DNA of 64,000 nucleotides from Octopus sinensis (lineage: Eukaryota), in contig NC_043008.1 in assembly GCF_006345805.1 (NCBI RefSeq), positions 77,748,001 through 77,812,000 of the forward strand. The letters run 5' to 3'. The notes under the pieces are model-generated. The model worked only from the letters and a program-made list of their open reading frames with translations, was not told where the DNA came from and made no database searches. Below are positions 37,229 to 50,486 of the stretch, one piece after another. How positions within the stretch are numbered: the first letter of the stretch is position 1; each line of letters starts with the position of its first letter. Made by a program: the position numbers and the translations under genes.

Positions 37229-40200
37229 TTTTTCTTTATTAGTCACACAGGGCTGCACACAGACAGGACAAATTACAAGGTAATTTGGGGATAAAAAAGG
37301 GGGTTTGGTTTTCGATCAAAAGGATTCGTAAAAGGAAAGAAAGAGGGGAAAAAAGGGGGGGATAAAAAATAAAAGGAAAAGGAAAAAAATCGATCAATAG
37401 GGATCGTTATCACAGAAATGTCAATATGAAGTGTAAAGGGGAGGACAGGTGAGGTTTACCCGTGGAAAGAAAAGCCTACGGAAAAGACCACGGTAACCTC
37501 GGTCAATAAAGTCACATGTTATATTTTTTTACAAATAAGCAACTCTGTATTAATTTTTACGGTTCATAGGATCATAGTCAAGGTGGCTTGGTCATTCATA
37601 CGTGCCATCCTTGCTACATTTACCTATCATTTTTTTAAACATTCACTAGACAAAACTTGCCTCTCTACTCTCACCTTCCTCTTCAAAGTGATACTTGAAG
37701 AAGTTGATGAGAGATTGACCAGAGAGGAAAGTGTTTGTCTCTAATCCTTTCAGGCGCGTCCACCAGATACATTCTTTCGCCATAGCCACAAGTATGATAA
37801 AAATAGCTCTTTCTTCCCGTTTGAAGGAAGGAGACGTGACGATATTAACTATAGACTCGGCTGAGAAACCGACACGTCCCACACGTGACAGCAGTCGTTC
37901 GGCATAAGCCCACAGGTCGGAGATTGTTGGACACTGCACGATTGCGTGCAGAGCGGTTTCGTCGCTCTGCCCGCATCTCGGGCAGGTCGGCCCCGTGTTT
38001 CTCGAGCCATGCCTATAGAGCTTATCCCGAACGGGTAGCGCTTCTCAGTAGCACCGCCAGGCCAGGGATCTCTGGAAGTTGTCCATAGGTCCCGGCCCGA
38101 AAGTCGTTTCGAACAGGCGGGTCAGATATTCCTCGTCGACGCCCAGGTTTGCCCCAAGATCGTCGTCGTACCTCCCCTCCACTAATCCCCTATAGAATGC
38201 TTAGGTTGTGTTGAAGTCACTCAAGGTCGACCCGGGAGGGCAGAGTTGCTTGAGAGCAACGCGACACTCGCGGTGCCAAACGCCCTTCCTCGGCCTCTTT
38301 TTGATCCACGACTGCAGTTCGGTCATGGAGACGAGATGCGGGAAAGCGTGCCTCACAAGCGGCAACCACACCTGTTCACCGTCGTCTACGTAGAGCCTGA
38401 GATGTCGCAGTCTCAGCGCGTGTCTGCGCATCATCAACCACGGCATGCCCAGCCCTCCTTTTAACGGGTGTTGACAGCAAATGGATCGCCTGACCATCGG
38501 GACGCATCCTTTCCACAAGAAGCGGAAGAGAATGCGTTCTAGTTTGGTGATGGTAGGGTCGGTACAAGGTACAACGGTCAAGCGGTAGTAGATGATGGAC
38601 ACGATGTACGTGTTCGCCACCTCCGCCCGACCTTTTAGGGACAGTTTCCTCTCGGCCCATTGCCGGGCGAGAGTGACTACCCTACTCGTTATCTCGTTTC
38701 AGTTCTTCTCCATTTGTAGGTCCGGACCGAACCAGACCCCGAGCAACTCAACCGGGCCGTCAGTCCAGCGTCCCACGACGGAGGTACTGGTGGACGGCAT
38801 GGGCTTGCTTCTCCAGGTGCCGAGCCGCAAGCTCACTGACTTTTCCCGGTTAATTTTCGCTCCTATCACCGCTTCGTAGTCTTTCAGTGTCTCGCCGACC
38901 AGCTCGATGTGCTCGTGACTTGACACTATGACGGTGACGTCGTCCGCGTACGCAGACACGCTCGTCCCGCATCCCAATTCTCGCGGGATGACCCTCAGAG
39001 TCGCCAGCTTCCGTAGTAGTGGCTCGAGAGTCAATACGTATAGAAGCGACGAGAGGGGGCATCCCTGACGGACCGAATGTGCAATGTCGAAAGGTCTCGA
39101 TAGATGCCCATTTACGCGTATTACCGAACGGATGCCTCTGTACAAAGCAGCTATCCAGCCGCGGAAGGCGGGACTGAAACCAGCCGCACTCAGGACTTTC
39201 CCCAAGTATCGATGGTCTACCCTATCGAAGGCTTTCCATTGATCCAAATTGATCAGGGCCCCACCCATGCCAGGTTCCTTAACTATTCTGTCTATGATGT
39301 AGCGCATCAGATGGAGGTTGTCATGAATACTTCTACCCGGCACGGTCATGAATACTTCTACCCGGCACGGTGCATTTGGGTGGTCGAGTCGGTACCTGTC
39401 AGACAGTTGGAATCGTCTGAGTAGGTCTCTGAGGCATTTGCATCCCCTTCTGTTTTTGTCTCTCCCCACATAGTCTAGATGCGTGTCCAACCCCCCACTA
39501 AAAGTAAAGGACGAGACGTTCCCAGGAATACTTCTAGGCGTCGAAAGAAATCCGGCCGACCTGTTAAAGGCGGTGCGTAGACTGATAAGAGTCGAAAAGC
39601 TCACCCATTGCTGCTGTCGACATCCAGAACGACCAGTCTACCCTCCGGGTCTACGAATATCGTCTTGACTTCGAGATCCAGGCTCTTGTGAAAAAGTACC
39701 GCGGTTACACTACCGCCCATCCTCGGCAGGCAGGGAGAAAAATAAATGTTAAACTGTCCGCCAAACATGGACTTTAGGGTCCGTGGCTCGTGGAGTCTGG
39801 TCTCACTTATGGCTATGATTCCCAAATCGTGTGATTTGATGTTATTTAGGAGGTACCCTTGTTTCCAAGGAGACCCCAAGCCACGCGCATTTACACAACC
39901 AATCTTGACCATGATTCTATTGAGGTGTGTACTTTAAAACACAAAAAGGAAGGTACAGAGAGTTACTTGTGTCGAAAGTTTTGGCTTCCTCGTCCTTTGA
40001 TGTGTCTTGGAGGAGGTTTTTGTAGAGTTTTTTCGAGAGATATTTTTGAAACCCCCCAACCGCATTTGGAAAGAGGGCTTTGAGTGTGTGGTGTTGTGTT
40101 TGTGTGATGTGTAGTATTTTGATGTGTTTGGGTGGTGTAGTGCGTGGATGGTTGTTAGTTTTGAAGTCATCTTCACAGATGTTTGTATGGGTTGTGATGT

Positions 40201-40357
40201 ACTCCATTAGTTTTGAGTCTTTGGTGTCTATCACTGATAGCATTGTGTGTGTTTTTGTGGTGTTGGTGTTGGTGCTGGTTTGGTTGTGTAAGGAGCTTTC
40301 AGGGTTCAGATATCTCCCTGCTTTGGTTGCATTTTCTTGTTTGGAGTTTTTTTTTTT

Positions 40358-40358
<1 letters not shown>
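37229..40358 (-). mobile_element. Tx1-clade LINE, 5'-truncated and internally deleted, embedded in (TATC)n
   Basis: ORF1 tail (39917-40358), endonuclease start IGCVNARGLGSPWKQG..ISETRL, a jump from LDHPNA to VPGRSIHDNLHL, then RT (KAFDRV, RQGCPLS, YADD), the C-terminal zinc motif and a 3' UTR ending GTGTGACTAATAAAGAAAA. (TATC)n/(TGTC)n flanks both ends. Confidence 0.95.
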
Positions 40359-40558
<200 letters not shown>

Positions 40559-40831
40559 GCACGCATATGTGTAATGAACCCGTGTACTCTATTGAAACAG
40601 CGTTGATACGTTGTTAAGTGAGGTATTATTGTACGAGAAAGTCGAGATTCTCTTACCTATATTAGATGGGATTGTGACCTTAATGAATTGCTTAGTGTAA
40701 TGTGTGGTTGATAGTTGAGGTTAATTGTTCGCAATATATATATAAAAGGAAATAGATGCAGTGTGCGTGCGTGAATGTCTGTGTATGTGTGTGCGTGTGT
40801 GTGTGTGTGCGTGTGTGTGTGTGTGTGCCTC

Positions 40832-40864
<33 letters not shown>

Positions 40865-41524
40865 ATGTGTGCGCGCGTGTGTGTGTAAACAGGAATCAAG
40901 GTCATTGACTAGTAGTACTAATCATGGGTGTTCAATTCAACGGTTAGTAGTTCTCAGCAATTAGTTTTCCTTACTATGTGCGTGTTTGTAGGCTGGCAAA
41001 TGCGTATCTAAATATACAAACAAGGAAGCTTTTTGCTTTCTAATCATATTGCTGGTAAGATCGGAAGAATATTTCTACACGGAGAGGCTTAGAAGTCACC
41101 GAAAGAATTTCGGTTTAGTTATCAGTGAAAATCAACATGCGCTATTTTTGATGACCAAAATCAGAAGAAACTGCTTGTCATTGCTTTTCCAACCCGTCAT
41201 ATGAATTTATGCTGGACGTAATATATCTCTTTTTGGGTGGATAAGACTAGTACAGATGAAATTTAAAACCCTGTCTTATCTTCCAGGTATGTCTGAATCA
41301 TTTATACATCGTGTGCGTGTGTGTGTAGTAAGCCAAGATGGCTGGGTTATTTGTTTTTTCAATCGACTGAGTTTCGCCGTGAAATGCAATAACGTACTAT
41401 TTTGCTGGGCATGACTTCTGAATATCACATAAATACTTACTATAAATGTATTTGGCAACTTCATAGAACATCAACCCAGTTGAGGAGAGACTATCAATAA
41501 GTAACTTTCTTCTTTTGGGTATAA

Positions 41525-41655
41525 GTACGGCTGTGTGGTGAAGTAGTTCCACAAATACTTGGTTTTGGGTTCAATCCCTTTGGCAGGACAATGGGTGTTT
41601 TCTACCCATAGCCTCGGACTGATCAAATCTGTTGAATTAAATTTTTAAGATGGAA
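41525..41655 (+). mobile_element. Degraded SINE head (second family)
   Basis: GGCTGTGTGGTGAAGTAG..GGGTTCAATCCC..ATAGCCTCGG. Confidence 0.55.
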
Positions 41656-42859
41656 TCTAAGTGGAAGCCTGTAGGAAAGGCAGTCCGTTGCTAAATCATA
41701 CACTTTATCCATTGTCCACTCTACCTAAAAAATAAAGGTCCCATCACCGATTAGAGGACGCTTTCCCTTTAATCTCGGGAAACCCCCACCTACAATCATA
41801 AATAAAACGGTCGTAAAATAGGTTTCAATGTAGAAGTTGGTTCCAGACTAACTGATCTCACATTAGTTTCGATTCTCTTAAGCAATCATATTTACTTTAT
41901 TAATGCTACAAAGACAGACATAAATACCAATTTGTATAATTTGCAGAGACTCTTTGCATTGCCATGTAATGCTGTTTTCTGGATGTGCTTTTTCACCTTT
42001 ATATGCCCGTCTTATGCAACCTCTTTTTAATTGCTTTGCTCAATGTAACTAGGGCACCGACATTTTCCATGGTCCATAGATTTTGATTTCTATCTGCAGA
42101 GTTTCATATTTCGTCAGTTTTCTCTTTCACTACATTTCCTCTGTTACGGTTTGGTTTGAGACCTACTTAATTTTCTATGTAAATGGTACAAGCTTTAATC
42201 AATCTATTCGTTCCAGTTAGATTATTTGTCTTAATCGCTTTCAGTATTTTATTCATCTTCCGAGTTCACCCCCGAGCAAATTTCTGTCCACATTCTTTAG
42301 TCCGTTTAGTTGATCATTCCTCTACCCTCATCGCTCAGTCTTTCTACATTCTCCAAACTAGCATCCCTCTCCTCAATATTACCATCCAATACAAGCTCAT
42401 CAACGTTCGCTGTAGTCACTTCCTCTCTCTCCACCACCATCAATAGGTCTGCTCAAATCATTACATGCCATATCAGCTATATTCATTGCCTTAGACCATC
42501 TTGTTCTGACAGCCGTATAATGACGACTTGGCCGGTGCTGCTCACTCGCAGGGCATCTGCCGGGCGTTAGTCCGTCACCCGAATTCCGTCCTCATTTACG
42601 CTGTTGTTTATATTAATTTTTTTTATTCATTACTATCATACTGAGAAAAGTGATGATATTATGCAATAGCCAACAGTATTTTTCTCGGGGCACCTTCACT
42701 AGAGGGGTGTTGCCTCAAAAGACTCAAAGGGCCCTGTCTTTCCTTGAAAGATTAAGTGAGCTATCCTGTGCTGGACACTAAGCCAGTACTCGGAGTTCTG
42801 CAGCTAGAGAAATACACGCATACACATATACACACATGCATGTATGTATCCCACTCCAC

Positions 42860-45033
42860 CTGTCTTTTTGAGCCCTCTCTTGATAATGTCTTGTATAGGG
42901 GTCTCATCTCACTTGTTGCCGAGGAGATTAAACGATAATAAAGTCTACCAAACGCACAAATTAGTGCAGAGCCTTACATGTGATGGGGTGTGGAAAGGAC
43001 AGGATGGCTTTCAATTTTTTTGGCATGGGTGTAGCACCGGCAACTGTGATTCGATGTCATAGGAAGTCGATTGCCTTAACACTAAAGACACACTTGGTGG
43101 GTTTGATTACCAAACCATATTGTTCCAGTCTCTCAAAAGAGGTCATTATGCTTCTTGTATAGCTCCGCATTTTAGCTTGCGATAAAGATGTCATCAAGGT
43201 ACGTAAAGACAAAATCGAGACCCATGCACACAGTGTCCATCAAGCGTTGGACAGATTGTGTTGCGCTTTTTAGGCCGAAGAGTGTGCGTAGAAGTTTGTA
43301 CCGATCAAAAGGAGTGATCACATCGGTTTTAGGTACATCGTCGTTTCGCACCGGTATTTGGTGGTAACCTCAGATGAGATCAACCTTCGAGAAAACTGAG
43401 CACTCGGTTAGCTGGGCTAAGAAGTCTTGTATATGCAGAATGGAGTAGTGGTAAGGAGGTGTGTTTGTGTCGAAACGGTGATAATCTTCTCAAGGTCGCC
43501 AACCTCCTTTAGGTTTTGGTGCCACATGTAAGAGTGACGACCAGAGACTGCTTGATCGGCGAACAATGCCCAAAGCTTTTGTCGAATTTGGCCTTCGCAA
43601 CAGCAAGTTTGTCACGTGATAGCCGACAGGCACGGCTGTGCACTGGAGGACCGGTAGTGGGGATGTGGTATTTCACTCTGTGGCGGGTTATAAGTTTGGA
43701 GAATGTCGGAGTAGGGATATTCAGGCACCTCACAAGAATATTCGAGAATTCATTCTCGGTTTGAGAGACGGCTGCTATGCAAGGGGCGACATGTGCTCAT
43801 TTTGCAAGAGAAATGGTAGAATACGTGTTGCTGTTGATGTGTCATCTCCCCTGAAGATCGACTAACAATGAGTGTGCCCGAAGAAAGTCCACTCTGATAA
43901 TGGCTGATGGACATCAATGACGGTGAATCCCCATGTGTATGCTTGTGAGCCGATGTAAAGAGAGAAAATGTAGTGACCGTATGCTTCGAATGTGGAGCCG
44001 TTGGCAGCCGTTAAAGGTTGGCCTTGCTTCAAATAACAGAGGTCCCTTGCCGATGCTGATATCCCGCTGACCTCTGCTCCTGTGTCTGGAGCTCCGAGCG
44101 TGGACATACAGGAGTAGTTGATCGTGTTTACCGGCCATCAGGGTGTTCAATGAGGGCCGGCCTTGTAGTTTCCCGGGTCCGGTGGCAAAGGGTTCTTGAA
44201 GCTACACGGTTGCTTACACTTCGTAGCCTTTGTCCCAAACTTCATGTGATAAAAACAGATTGTCTCGTGTAACTTTACCATGTCTCGGCGACGACATTAT
44301 GGCGTTGATCGTAAATCCGCCGGACAAAAATTGCTTGTCAGCCGCTTTTGCTAACTCCCGCAACTCCCGTGGCAATTTACGGAGGAATATCTCCCTAAAC
44401 AAAAAAATGAGGTGACTCACCGGGAGGCACTAACGCCACTATCCTATCCATGAGCTCGGAAGGTTTGGAATTGCCAAATTCTTCCGCGTCCAGTAATGCC
44501 GGCTGCCACTTCCCGGTCGCTAGGCCGGAATATTTCCACAAATCTCTTTCAAAGTAGCGCATGTGTGAGTAGCCGGTGGCTGGGTTAGGATATCTAGTAC
44601 CCTTGTTGCTGTGTCCTCATCCAGTGCTGCTGTTACATACGGACACTTCATAGGCCCCAGGCGATCTTTCGTATGCTGAATTGTGCTTCGACCCGTGCGA
44701 AACATAGCTCGGCCCGCTTCGGCCAGAATTGCGGGAGCTTGTGCGGCTGTGTGATCGCTTGCCATGTTTGCGTGTTTTCTACTTCGGGGACACTACTTAT
44801 AACTTGTTTAACTTATGCATAAAAATAATCAGGAACAAGAGTGTGTTGGTGCATTGGTTATTTTGCTTCAATCAGCTACGCTGTGAGGGCAAGTACGATC
44901 GGCCATCTAAATCCCCAGACCCCTTTTCTTCCTAACCGAAAGTCCCTTCTCTGTGCACCAGCTCACTAGCTAGCCTGCAGTGAAGTTTCTGTCAACAGTT
45001 CGTCTGTTATGAGTACATGGGCAGTGCCCTACA
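42860..45033 (-). mobile_element. Degraded Ty3/Gypsy LTR retrotransposon: probable 5' LTR, PBS, gag, protease, RT
   Basis: LTR-like start TGTAGGG at 45033 and PBS-like AGTGTCCCCGAAG near 44781-44794. gag YVTAALDEDTATRVLDILTQPP, protease DTGAEVS..LTAANGS, RT IPTTGPPVHSRACRL, FSKVDL..GYHQIPV, YLDDIFIAS and KCVF. The 3' end is missing. Confidence 0.9.
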
Positions 45034-46762
45034 GTGGTATATTTAATGAATTTTAGAAAACCTTATACGTGAAAATGAGTTAGAAAGCACGTATACCAAT
45101 TCAGATGAGGTCATAAAATAAGGTAATAACAAAGAGGAACATAATCAAACGCTTGTAAATCTTAAATACACTGTTAACGATGAATTTTAATTTTCATCTA
45201 AATTAACCTATATTCCAGGTGAACAATTAGGCTTGAAGAGTTGCATCTTAATCCCATCTCCACTGAAAATACCCCTCTCTTCTAATAAACAGTACCTATC
45301 TTTGATTACGGTTTCGTTTGCTATTTATTCCCGCTGGGCTCCCCGCTTCTCTAAAAGAATAACACCTCTAACCAATGCTCAGTTTCGGCTGTCAGCAGAG
45401 TCTGTAAGGGCTAAAGTAAATGAATACAAGGCTTCTACCTAACTTTTTTTTAATCCACATCAATATGACAGCTATAAATCAATATGATGGGCATGTACCA
45501 TTCCGTATTTCTTTTCTGCTTGCTACTTAATCCTGCCGAAAAGTCGCTGTGAGATCGTGAAAGATGTTTATGCCTTTGATGAAGTCACTTTTTATTAATC
45601 AATTTACCAATGAAAACGAAAAATATGTTATTTATATGGTTGACATAAAGAGAAAACTAAAATGGAAAATTAGAAAATATCACTAGTAATAAGAACGCGT
45701 GCTTTTCTGCAAACAAAACTTTACAGAATCCTACATATTTTAATGCTTTCTTCAGAAGCCCGAATGAGTGATATTTTGTGATCTTTCTTCGCAGGTAGTT
45801 TGAAGAAGAGTAGCCAATTATCTCTAACGTTAATTTTGTTTTTGGAATTACAAGACAAGATCTATATTATATCACTTAAAGTAAAAATATTCCAAAAGTC
45901 GTACAAGAACTTTAAGATTCCTAAATTAAACACTCCTGCAGCTACATAGCTTTCATACTGAGCTCTCACACTCAGACATTCGTCACTATGTGTTCATATT
46001 TCGAAGACAAATTCTTCTTTCTGTGTACTGGCATTGGAATTCATTTCTATAACCAAGTTATTAATGATTACTTATTTCAAATATATCAACAGTTTCTTGC
46101 CTCAAAAAATACTACACGAATTTTACTCTTTAAAATATGAATACAGAAATTTCTACAGAAATATCAGAAAATCCTTTTACGCGTGGATTTTACCAAGCCT
46201 AGAACCTTTTTCTCTTCTGTTTTATTATTTCTTCTTACATCGTTTTCAAACAACTATCATTATTCAAAAAAATAATCTTAGTTTCTACATCATTATGCAT
46301 CGAAGTTTGAAGACTGGAACAACCTACAACATAAAAGCTTTGCTCTTCACAACAAGCTCTGTAACAAAACAACAACTTGTAAATGAAATGTAAGTAGATG
46401 AAATTCATATATAGATGAATTTTGTGTGTTCGTTGTAAGAGAAGACTTACGTACATGTACTTTAAAACATTTTTTGCTGGCTAAGAAATTTAATAAACTA
46501 ATACTGGCATATTTGTAATGTAAAATCCTTTTTCTTAATGGTGAACGGATATGTTTTAGAGGTGAACTTCCCCGTTAATAAGCTGTTACTATAATTAATG
46601 TCTATGCTTACTTAATCAGGACATCCAAGCTACAAGAAGTAACTTCTGACTATACAGTATTATTTTATTGATATCGCATTTTGGTTCCATTACAAAATCT
46701 GATCTTGTCTTCATGCTATGTCCATGCTATCTAACAAGGATTGGCAGTTTGTCCCACCAACA

Positions 46763-48991
46763 TAGTGGTTCCCAAACTTTTGTTATGCCTGCAACCCCTA
46801 AAAAGTTTTTAAGATGTCTTTGCACCGCTTAAAAAAATTAATAATTTAACTATAAAGAAGGTGAACTTATGCTAAATTTGAGCAACATATTGTATATTAT
46901 CTAATTTTTCAATAATATGTTAACAGAAATGGAACATGGTCAAGAAAAAATATTATAACAAATAAAAATAAATTTTATTGTAACAAATTTTATTTTTATG
47001 AAATCAAAATCGAAAGAACGAATTTAAATTTAACGACGCTTTTGTTCCTATTTCTTGGTCATGAGTTCTTCAAAACGTGGCACTATGTTGCTGATAACAA
47101 TCTTCATGTCTGCCTTTGCATTCATGCGATTTATAGATTTTGTCTTCGTTGGCAAAGGAGTACTAAATCTAAACTCACATTAGTATGTCGTCGCAAATGA
47201 GATTGAGTGCAGCTTTTTCACAAAGCATCCATTGCCGAACACCAATACTCTTCCAAAGTCTTGCACGCAGTTGAATAAGATCCTCCTTCAGCTCTCCATC
47301 ATCCAACATATTATCCAATTTGAAGGAGTATGGATTCATAATCCATTCTTTAGAAGTTTCCAGTTTTTTCTGCTGCAATATATCCATCAAACGGCTTTGA
47401 CAACATTTATAAATGAGCTACAATTTCTTCACACACTCTAGGAATTATCGATTCATTGCCATCGACCATTTCTTCAAGTGATAGAAAATTTGAAAGATCT
47501 CTTTTCACTCATCGGCACAAAAGAGATAACTTTTCTTTGAAAGCATTTAGCTTTTCACAGCATTTCAATATGTTTATGTTTTTTCTTTGAATAGATAGAC
47601 TCAGATTATTCATACGAGTGAAAATGTCTGTTAAATAAGCTAGTATTTGATTGAATTCTTGTGATCCCAATTCCTCAAGCAAATCATGGTCACGTTCCTC
47701 CAGAAAAGCTCTGATTTCTTCTCGCAATTCAAAGAAGCGAGTTAAAGCTCTCCTACGTGAAAGCTAGCGAAAAGCAAAATTGTATGTTCATTTCCAAGAT
47801 CTTCACAAATCGACTTAAAGAGGCAGAAGTTCAGAGCACAACAACTGATCCAGTTGATGGTCTTTACAGAAGTGTCGAGGACTTTCTTCAAATTTGGGGG
47901 CAATGTTTTCGACGCAAAAGCATGACGATGAAGGAAAAATTAGTGTCTTGCATCGGTGCAAAACATCCAGATTTATTTCCTAGCATAACAGGGTCACCGT
48001 CAGTACACACAGAGTCAATAATATAGATAGCTAAATCATGCTTTCAACGATTAAGCATCATGGCCTACAGCATCGGCTCCACCATGCTCTTCACATTGTT
48101 GAAGTGTTCTTGCTTAGAAGGCTTCGAACTTGCATGGGAAAACACAGTATCACAAAGCATGCACTGTAGCTTTTGCAAATCCTCGGGTTTTTCTTGTACA
48201 AGTGAAACCAAAATGCATATAGTCATCATTCCACCCCCAACTTTCCTTTTTGACATGATGAAGGGTTAATATGATTCAATTATGTTCTGGTAGCTGAAAT
48301 AAAAATATGGATAAGGTCGATTGGAAGAAAACAGGGAACATAATGCACTGACAATAATACCATTAAATCCAAGAATAAGTGTAATAATAATACTATTAAT
48401 AAAAAACAAAAAACCTGGGAAAACATGCATAACCACGGCGACAGCTGCTGGATTCTAATTCCCGAATGTAACTGTAGGCTTTAAGCTGGGCTACACTAAT
48501 TTAATTTGAACACAAAAAAAAAATGGTTTAAAAAAGCTATGCTACCCACAATTATATAATATTCAAAGTGATATCCCACAAAATAAACAGATAACAAAGT
48601 TATCGCAATCAGCCGTTTAGGTAAATGAATTTTTTTTTAAATTGTCGTGAAACAATAGTCACGACTGAACTGATGACAATTGTTATTTGCAAATCGCTTT
48701 GTTAATGTAATTTTCTCTAGTATGTGTGATCAAAGGCGTCCCATATGCTGTACTTTCACAACTATCGTTTTTCGCACTTTGCTATTGTTGGTTGCAAATC
48801 AATTTGTTAATGTATTCTTCTGGAGGCAGCCAGATATCACGATATATTATTTTCCCATTCTTTTAACAAAATATTTGTTTTCTCTTACAATTTGTTGCAA
48901 GAGAAAACAAAAAAAACACAGGAGGGTATTATACAAATTCATGTGCCTGACTGCAAGGCTGGCTACTCGCACCCTTGGTTGGGAAACTCTA
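46763..48991 (-). mobile_element. Internally deleted hAT (Charlie/Buster-like) DNA transposon with TIRs and 8-bp TSD
   Basis: TIRs TAGTGGTTCCCAAA / GTTGGGAAACTCTA (11 of 14), TSD CACCAACA (46755-46762) and CACTAACA (48992-48999). Transposase patches QCMLCDTVFSHASSKPSK, LSRRRALTRFFELREEI and LAYLTDIFTRMNNLSLSIQ. Confidence 0.9.
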
Positions 48992-49241
48992 CACTAACAC
49001 GATACTTTATTACATGTGACATCTTATGAACCTTTTCAGCTCCCATTGTTAGCCGAGTAGTTTATTCTTGTGTCAACAAGAATGAATAGCCATATAAGAA
49101 CTATACTGGTTTACTTCTTAGTTATCCATTTCATACTCTGTTTCACTAATTCATGTATTGATTTTCGATGAAATATACAAAATACGAATACTTGAAAGAA
49201 AAATTTAAAAGAATCGTCTCCTGTTACACACACACACACAC

Positions 49242-49286
<45 letters not shown>

Positions 49287-49499
49287 AACACGCGCGCGCG
49301 CACGTACACGCACACATCCTCTGAAACTATTATTTCCATAATGGTTTGTGTCAACATCAGTTTTATAAAGAATTTAAGTAAGGGAAAAACAATTGGTAAA
49401 ACATGGTGAAGCGCATCACCGAAATAAGTTATCACTTCGCTCTTCTTTTAATCCTCATATATTGCTGGCTAACGTTGCGCCTCTCTGGAATCCTAAAAG

Positions 49500-50350
49500 A
49501 GAGTCTGGTTATTTAGCCTGGTATTAAAGGAGTCTTTCCTTGCTCCGATGTATTTCCATGTGTGTGTAGCTCTTGTTGCCGCTGTTTTTGTTGCTGCTAC
49601 TGTTGAACACCACTTCTGCTTCATAGACCTCAGCCTCTGTGTTGCACTGACAATCCACTGAGTACTCACTGTTAACCCTACTTGAGATTCCTGCCTTTGT
49701 GCAGGATTTTGAGGCGTTCTCTTTTACTCTTTTTGGCACAAGGCGCTCTGCTCAACGTGCCCTTAAGTTATGACTACAGAATAATCTTTTGTATCTGTGG
49801 GAATGTGGGAAATGCTTATCTACTACCTACTCAAATTTTGACGTTGAGTGAGAAGGGTGGGGGAAACCAAAGTATTTTACGACAGCGCATTCGATTTAGT
49901 TGGGGTTAATCAGGCAGCCCTTAGAGCTGAAGCTGAAGGCGAAGTGAGAGGCGAAGCTAGAAGCGAAGCTGGAGGTGAAGGCGGAGGCAAAGGTGGAGGT
50001 GAAGTTGGAGGCGAAGTTGGAGGTTAAGTTGGAGGCGAAGTTCGGCCCATGATCCTTGATGGTAATAAATGCATTCCTGTTAACAAGTGATTCTACTCTC
50101 TCAACTATACATCTAGAACCGTTCGAGGGGATTTGACTCTTGTTTCCCTCTCAGAAAGGATTTGTTTCCGTTTTCTTTTCAACACCAAACTGGCCAATAC
50201 TGTATATTTATCTCCATCAGGAAAAAATACTATGTGCTTCCGACTAACAGATGTGATGAGTCGTCTTCGACTAACTGTAACGACCAGTTATATGCCATAA
50301 CCAAGGATATACTACTCCACTTCATAAAATTCCTGTTAGAGTGTGCTTTC
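49500..50350 (-). mobile_element. PLE RT remnant containing a 12-bp minisatellite
   Basis: IVERVESL..AFITIKDHGPNF-(repeat)-GCLINP, LSRA..AKK..ILHKGR and VYEAEV correspond to PLE RT motifs AFITLKDHKxNF..CRLINP and YDGAEV. Confidence 0.65.
49925..50045. repeat. 12-bp minisatellite (GAAGTTGGAGGC-like, about 10 degenerate units)
   Basis: Directly visible. Confidence 0.85.
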
Positions 50351-50378
50351 TCTGATTTATGGACAATTGATGACTGAT

Positions 50379-50413
<35 letters not shown>

Positions 50414-50454
50414 TGTGTGTGTATGTGTGCGTATTTGTGTGCGCGTGTGTGTGA

Positions 50455-50486
<32 letters not shown>

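Noticed and set aside
49524-49739. 71-aa minus ORF as a host exon
   Set aside because: An in-frame stop lies just upstream, there is no good acceptor, and the sequence matches PLE RT motifs.
49925-50045. CRISPR-like or other spacer-containing array
   Set aside because: It has contiguous degenerate 12-mers with no spacers. No CRISPR, rRNA or intact tRNA gene was seen anywhere in the window.
50255-50280. TGATGAGTCGTCTTCGACTAAC hairpin
   Set aside because: It lacks GAAA and a stem III, and it lies within PLE coding remnant.
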